Shown here: piece after piece, positions 58,064 to 64,000 of the stretch
Layout: the number at the start of each line of letters is the position of its first letter
Numbering within the stretch: the first letter of the stretch is position 1
From: Macrostomum lignano
Taxonomy: Eukaryota
NCBI GenBank assembly: GCA_002269645.1
Contig: NIVC01000019.1
Span: forward strand, 124,001 to 188,000
Direction of reading: 5' to 3'
Length of the DNA stretch: 64,000 nt
Notes under the pieces: model-generated
Databases searched by the model: none
What the model was told of the DNA's origin: nothing
The model's input: the letters and a program-made list of their open reading frames with translations, nothing else
Program-made: the position numbers and the translations under genes

Positions 58064-59844
58064 ATCCGGAAAGTACTGTTACTTTTGCTTGTTGTGGACG
58101 TATGGACAGTCACACTTGCATGTGCTTGGTGTCATTTGAAAGTGGCAAGTCTCTTCTTTAAAATTACACCAATTGCAAGATATTTGAATTTGTGCTTCAA
58201 GAGATATGGACAATTAAGTAGAGAAATGTCAGTCATAGACTTACAGAACCTCAAAAATGTCAACAGAAAACTTTTACGAGTTTATTGATTTTTTCGTAAT
58301 CATGGGCTGTCTATGGCCAAATGTGATTATAGTGAACGAGAGGGGCTGTCTCATAAAACTACGAGACTTATAAAACTGCTTCTGCTGCACCTGCAAAGTT
58401 TATTGACATTCAATTTTCAATTGTGAACTGCAAATGGATGTGCATTCAAAGACTGGGCAGCGACATGCCATCTTTACACTTTGGAGCTCTGGAACCAAAT
58501 CGGCTGACATCCACAGGCAACTTTGCACAGCTCATGGCGACTATACTGTCAGCAAGATGACAGTAAGCAGGTGGGTGGGCGAGTTTCAGGCTGGAAGAAC
58601 TGACGTGAGCAACATGCCAAGGTCCGGACACCCTGCAATTCGCGACAGCAGCAGCCTGACGGATTGCATTCTCGACTTGATTGATGAAGACTGCCACCAG
58701 AGCATTCACGAAATGGCCGATTGATTGGATTGCCCGAAGTCCACAGTTCACGAGTGCCTGCAGAAGATGAATCACATCAAGCTAAGTGCCTGTTGGGTAC
58801 CAGGATTGCTCACTGAGGTCATGAAGCTGGATTGCAAGCAGAAATGTGTGAACAACCTGGAGCTGGTCAATCAACATGGAGGATGGGAAGCCTTTTGAGA
58901 GCTGATCGTAACTGGCGAGGAGACATGGGTGCCATACTTCGACCCTCCAACGAAGCAGGAGTCAATGGTTTGGACCGTCAGGGGATCTGATCCACCAACG
59001 AAAGCTTGCCAAGACTGGCACAGCAACAAAGTCATGCTGACTCTCTTTTTTGATTGCAATGGCCCACTGATTATTGAGTTCTTAGAGCCAAACTCGACCA
59101 TCAATGCTGATTGGTATGTGACCTCCCTGACAAAACTGAAGTCAGACATCTGCAACAAAAGACGGGGGATAGAAAGACCCCATATCCTCCACCACGACAA
59201 TGCGAGGCCGTATACTACTGCAAAGACCATGCAAGCAATTGACCAACTGAACTTTGAGTTGCTTCCTCACCCTCTATATTCTCCTGACCTGACACCTGCG
59301 GACTTCGCCTTGTTCCCTGAGTTAAAGCGACAGCTTCGAGGGCGAGTTCACAACAGTCGTGATCACTTGGAGAGTGAGGTCAGGAGGATCTTGCTGCACC
59401 AGATCCCAAGAAATGTGTATGCAAACGCCATTGACAAGATGCAAGACTGATGGGAGAAGTGCATCATGTCTCATGGTGACTACATTGAGAAGACAAGTCT
59501 GCCAACCGTTGAATGATTTTAATGTTGTTCGCTTATGTGATAATTTGCTTGTTATCTGTTTCACCTGCTTCTATACTGTACTGTTGTGTTTTTTGTTTTT
59601 TTCTGGAGTAATTACACTTGTGATAAAAGTTTTCTGTTGACATTTTTGAGGTTCTGTAAGTCTATGACTGACATTTCTCTACTTAATTGTCCATATCTCT
59701 TGAAGCACAAATTCAAATATCTTGCAATTGGTGTCATTTTAAAGAAGAGACTTGCCGCTTTCAAATGACACCAAGCACATGCAAGTGTGACTGTTCATAT
59801 GTCCACACCAAGCAAAAGTAACAGTACTTTCCGGATGCCCCTTG
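58064..59844 (+). mobile_element. Decayed mariner (D,D34D) with ~215-bp TIRs; transposase pseudogene 58434-59516
   Basis: TIRs 58064-58276 and 59624-59844 (right end ...atgcccttg|TA; left end lacks the terminal 8 bp). One reading frame with WVP, TG(E)ETW, VMLTLFFD, HDNARP and YSPDLTPADF (34 residues between the Ds), broken by TGA at 58722, 58896 and 59448. Confidence 0.93.
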
Positions 59845-61194
59845 TATTGTATTGCTTATTTATCTGAAAATGTCTTTCTCAAGAAGGAAAAGTGTCTTAT
59901 AATATATGTTGGCTCAACTGCTATATAGCATGCATATGTGGCAGTTGTTATACAAAAAATTATTCTCCCCATATTTCAATATATAAAAATGAAACACTGT
60001 GTATCTGTGTGTGTGTCTATGTATATATTTGCTAAGGACTCTTAAATGGTAAGTCATAAAAAGATGACACAAATTTTTCCGGGGAGTGCTTTAGGCTAAT
60101 AAAAATGGGGGTCCTAACTAAAGAAATGGATAAAAATGGCCAAACACCTGTTTTTTCCTATCTCAGTAATGTATTTTGCTTGCAGAGACTAAAAGCTATG
60201 TTTATGGCTGATTTCTCTCTGGCTGAAGCTAAGAAAACAAGCTACACATACATAGAGTGCTAACATTAAATAGCATTTACCACTGCTTTATTAATGCACA
60301 TTTTAAGTTTGAAGTTAGCTTTTTTCTTAAGACTACACTCATAGGCCTAGATAACAATTGATATGGAATAAAGTTCTTGATAGCTTAGCTTTAATGCTTC
60401 CCAAAAAAGGCACTCTTAGAAGGATATTAGCAGCTGCTAGCAGTGTTACCACAGACTTTCATAAAAAATTTAGTGCAGGCTTAAAAAAATAGCGCAGCAC
60501 ATATACTTCATTAAAATACACTGAGAAAAATTAAGCCAACAAATAATGTCAAAAGTAGTGCACTATATTTTCCAATTTACTAGTTTTGTTTGTTTAAAAC
60601 TACGAGTACCTCACAACTCACAAAGTGCAAAAAGATGAAAGATATATACAATCGGTTATATTTAAAGTAGTTTCAATGAATATTGACTTGCATCATTCAT
60701 CAATCTGCTTCTCCAGTGAGCTTCCCCAGAGAGCACCAGCTTTCAATCACTTGACTATTCTTGTCGAGCTTCTTTAACCACTTAGCATTCCACTAGGTTT
60801 CACGCATTTAGTAGGCTTTACAGCTGAAATTATTTAGGTTTTACTTTAATAAAGCAATTGAGCCCGACCTATGACCTATCCAAAACCACTTCAACTACTA
60901 CTAGGCCTAATAAAGGTAACGAAAAAAAGAAAATTATTTAAAATGAGACTGAAAAATAACAGAAAGTTGCAAAACATATTATTTTGTTAACCAGTGAGCA
61001 AAGTAAGCTGTCGATTTATCCATTGTCATATATTCTCTTAACAAAACTTTGCAAGTGCATAATTTTGGTGAGAAAATTGTCAGTTACAGTCACACAAAGC
61101 AAGAAAAAAAATTTAGCACAGAAGAGACAGAAAAAGCGCAATAGCGCAGGTACTATAAAAAAGTGCAGATGCGCTAAAAAGCGCAGGTGTGGCA

Positions 61195-61870
61195 ACACTG
61201 GCTGCTAGAAGGCTTAGACAGGCAAGAGATAATGAATCAAAAGAAGCAAGAGAGCAGTGGCAAGCTACTAACAGAGCTTGCTCAAATGTCAGCTACTTGA
61301 AAGTTGAAATGTAGAAACAACAGTGCAGAGAAAACAAAGACTAGCTGCTAACAGAGCTCAAATTTAAGCTGCTCAAAATTAACAAATGATAGCACAAAGA
61401 GAACAAAGACTAGCTATTAATAGAGCTCAAATGTCAGCTGCTCAAAATGAAGAAACAATAGCATTGAGAGAACAAAGACTAGCTACTATTCTACTAACAA
61501 AGCCTAAACATCAGCTACTCAAAATGAAGAAACAACAGCATAGAGAAAACAAGGACTAGGCCTAGCTACTAATAGAGCTCAAATGTCAGCTGCTCGAAAT
61601 GAATAAATGATAGTATAGAGAGAACAAAGACAAGCTGCTAACAGTAAAAAAGCATCTTTAAGCATCTTAAGCAAGGGATACAACTACCAGAAGAATGGCT
61701 AGTAAGGCAAAAAGCAAATAAAGAAAGAACTTTGGCCACAAGGCAAAATGCACCTCCTGATCAGATAGACAGGTAGTGCCTCAAAGACCATAAGAGAGAA
61801 GAGAGAGGAAAGGATAAGGAAAAGAGTAGAAAGGAGAGAGAAGTGATTGAAAAGTGGAGATGGTTGAAAA
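61195..61870 (+). pseudogene. Decayed ORF with ~69-bp/23-aa STPR-like repeats (possible Helitron Rep/Hel N-terminal remnant)
   Basis: AARRLRQARDNESKEAREQ followed by ~5 degenerate units of consensus REQRLATNRAQMSAARNEETIAQ with stops and indels. The ETxxxRxxRL 23-aa periodicity matches STPR repeats; the Helitron origin is inference. Confidence 0.45.
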
Positions 61871-63120
61871 GAGTGAGGAGAGAAGAAAAGTTTTAAAGGC
61901 CTTAAATCTTAATTTAATACTATAATTTATAGTATAAATTATCTAAAATTTATTTCAATTTTATTTACCTCTATGCTCTATCCCCACTACTTATAAATGT
62001 TTGTTTTAGAATGACTTTAGATTTAAGAATGTATGCAAAAACAGTTCCAGGGATTGGAATTCAGTGGGTTAAAAATCTGTGGGTTTTAACAACTCATTTT
62101 TTATAAAAATTAAAAGAATTGTGCTAGCAAGAAATTTTTTATAGTTGATAATCAAAAAAAATTTTTGGCAATGACAAAACTCAAACTCACAACCTTATGC
62201 ACATGACCCCAAATATCACACCATGATACCAGAAAAAACTTAAACTTGTTAGCACTAGGCCTAGGCCTATAGCTAATATTGCTTTTTGAATTAGTATTTG
62301 GTAGATACGAGCTACATCAGTTTCCCAAACAGGTTTTTGGCAAATCAACTTTCAGCTAAAATGTATTTGGCGAATCAACTTTTGGCAAAAAGGTTTTTGG
62401 CAAATCATCTAGTATTTGGCTTAATAGATAATAGGCAACAACATAAAATCCTACCAAAGATATATTGAATAGGTCTAGAGAATACTTTAATAAATGTACA
62501 TAATAACAATAAGGTTGGTCTAGGCCTACATAACATGAGCCATAGCCATAGTATATGAATATACCTTTTGTTTATAGCTAGGCCTACACTAGGCTTAGTC
62601 CACATTACCTAGTCTAGAATCCTAGATGTAGAGGCCTAGCTATGCCCTAAATGTATAGGCCGCAACGACTATTTGTCTGTGTTCCAATTCCAATGATTAG
62701 GCCTATTAATGACATGATATTCGATCAAAATTAAATTTTTTTATTTTCCATTTAAACTAAATTTACATACATAATTTCGGGCCTATTACATCGCATCGGC
62801 GTCATTCATCGCATCAGTCGAAGATCGACATGCTCCATCAATGCAAAATCGAAATCGAATGGATGATGAATTCACGCTTGGGCGATTCTCATCGTAGTAG
62901 TAGTAGTAGTAGTAAATTTGGCTCAGGCAAGGAGCCTGTTTTGCCAGTATTATACGATGTATTTAGTATTTGTTTACAAGGTTAAATATTTATACACGAT
63001 CGCTGAAAACGATCGAGTTACGATATTTGTATAAGTAAGGTATTTAAAAGAGCGTCTGGAATTTTTTTACGGTTTTTTTCAGCCGACTAACCACTAACGA
63101 CAGAACGACAAGATTCTAGG

Positions 63121-63378
63121 GGCCTTTTCATATTACCAATTCCAGAACCAGAATCGGTTCTGAATTCCAAGAAAAACAGCAGTATAACTATTAAACTCTG
63201 TTAATATTTGACTGCCTTAACAACCTAACTTAGCACAATTTTTCACTTTCTTCTTGGCGATTGTCATTCAATAATAAAAACTTTATAGCACGTATCTCCC
63301 TCTAGTTATGGAGACAAAAAGTTATACTTCACAAATTGGTTCTGGTTCTGGAACCAGAGCAAGCAATATGAAAAGGCC
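63121..63378. mobile_element. MITE family B, copy 2 (opposite orientation to 22181-22414)
   Basis: TIRs ggccttttcatatt / aatatgaaaaggcc, flanked on both sides by ctagg (read as a 5-bp TSD, or a 3-bp TAG TSD with GGGCC ends). Confidence 0.8.
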
Positions 63379-64000
63379 CTAGGGTCGTTCTCAAAGCTAG
63401 GTCACAACTTTTTGTTATTGCAAAAAAAGTTTATACATCGACCAATAATCGTACAAAAAAAATTCTTTCGACAATTTCTGTAAGAAGCTGCTACTAAAAC
63501 CACAAGAAAACTTGAAATTGACAAGAAATCAAGGCTATTTGTTATTCTTTGTTGCGGAAAATAAACGACAAAAATATTAAAGAGAAAATAAAATTTTCTT
63601 CTATTTTTATTTTAAATATGCAGTTAAATTTCTTTTGCAAAAATAAAAGAACAAGAAATTGACAAAGGAAATGTTTTTGAGCACAGCATTTTGTTACTCT
63701 GCTCTAAATCCCAGACATTTAAAATTATCGTGTGCGAAAAAGTGCGAAATTATTATAGCATGCACTCGAAAGGACTTCGATCAGTTTAACTAATCACTGA
63801 ATTAAGAAGTCTAAATAAGTCTTGAAAGGTTGAATTAAAAATCAAGTTTTCACTATGTATCTTTTCAAAGTTAAGATGATTCGACAAATAAAGAATGTTC
63901 ATTTTTATGGTGAATAGAATTGTTTTCATTTTTACAATAAATATAATAAAATCTAACTAATAATAGAAAAAGTCAGGGAACTATCCTTGAACACCAAAAA

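Overview
Eukaryotic (animal) genomic DNA with GT-AG introns, minisatellites and transposons. The style (GC-rich exons, AT-rich spacers, minisatellite-filled introns) suggests a flatworm such as Macrostomum, but that is an impression, not a determination. Bases 1-43,065 hold a head-to-tail, all-minus-strand array of 12 divergent paralogous genes. Their common plan is an N-terminal helical/coiled-coil module, a variable low-complexity linker and a divergent NHL-like beta-propeller. Splice-phase reconstruction by hand gives single-propeller genes, two independently formed double-propeller genes, propeller-less members with RGG/RS tails, and one 5-exon ~1095-aa gene with an internal C3HC4 RING between two propellers. 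Upstream on the same strand is PRPF4 (5 coding exons, ~506 aa, 44,122-54,922). Its introns carry 28-, 20- and 25-bp minisatellites and a CORE-like SINE. A young RNase-H-bearing LINE is inserted in the 25-bp satellite, and its (GTAA)n tail matches the satellite unit. Bases ~55.7-62.7 kb are a CpG-poor block of decayed elements, including a long-TIR mariner whose three stops all look like CGA>TGA changes and an STPR-like repeat remnant. All coordinates, alignments and counts were made by eye.
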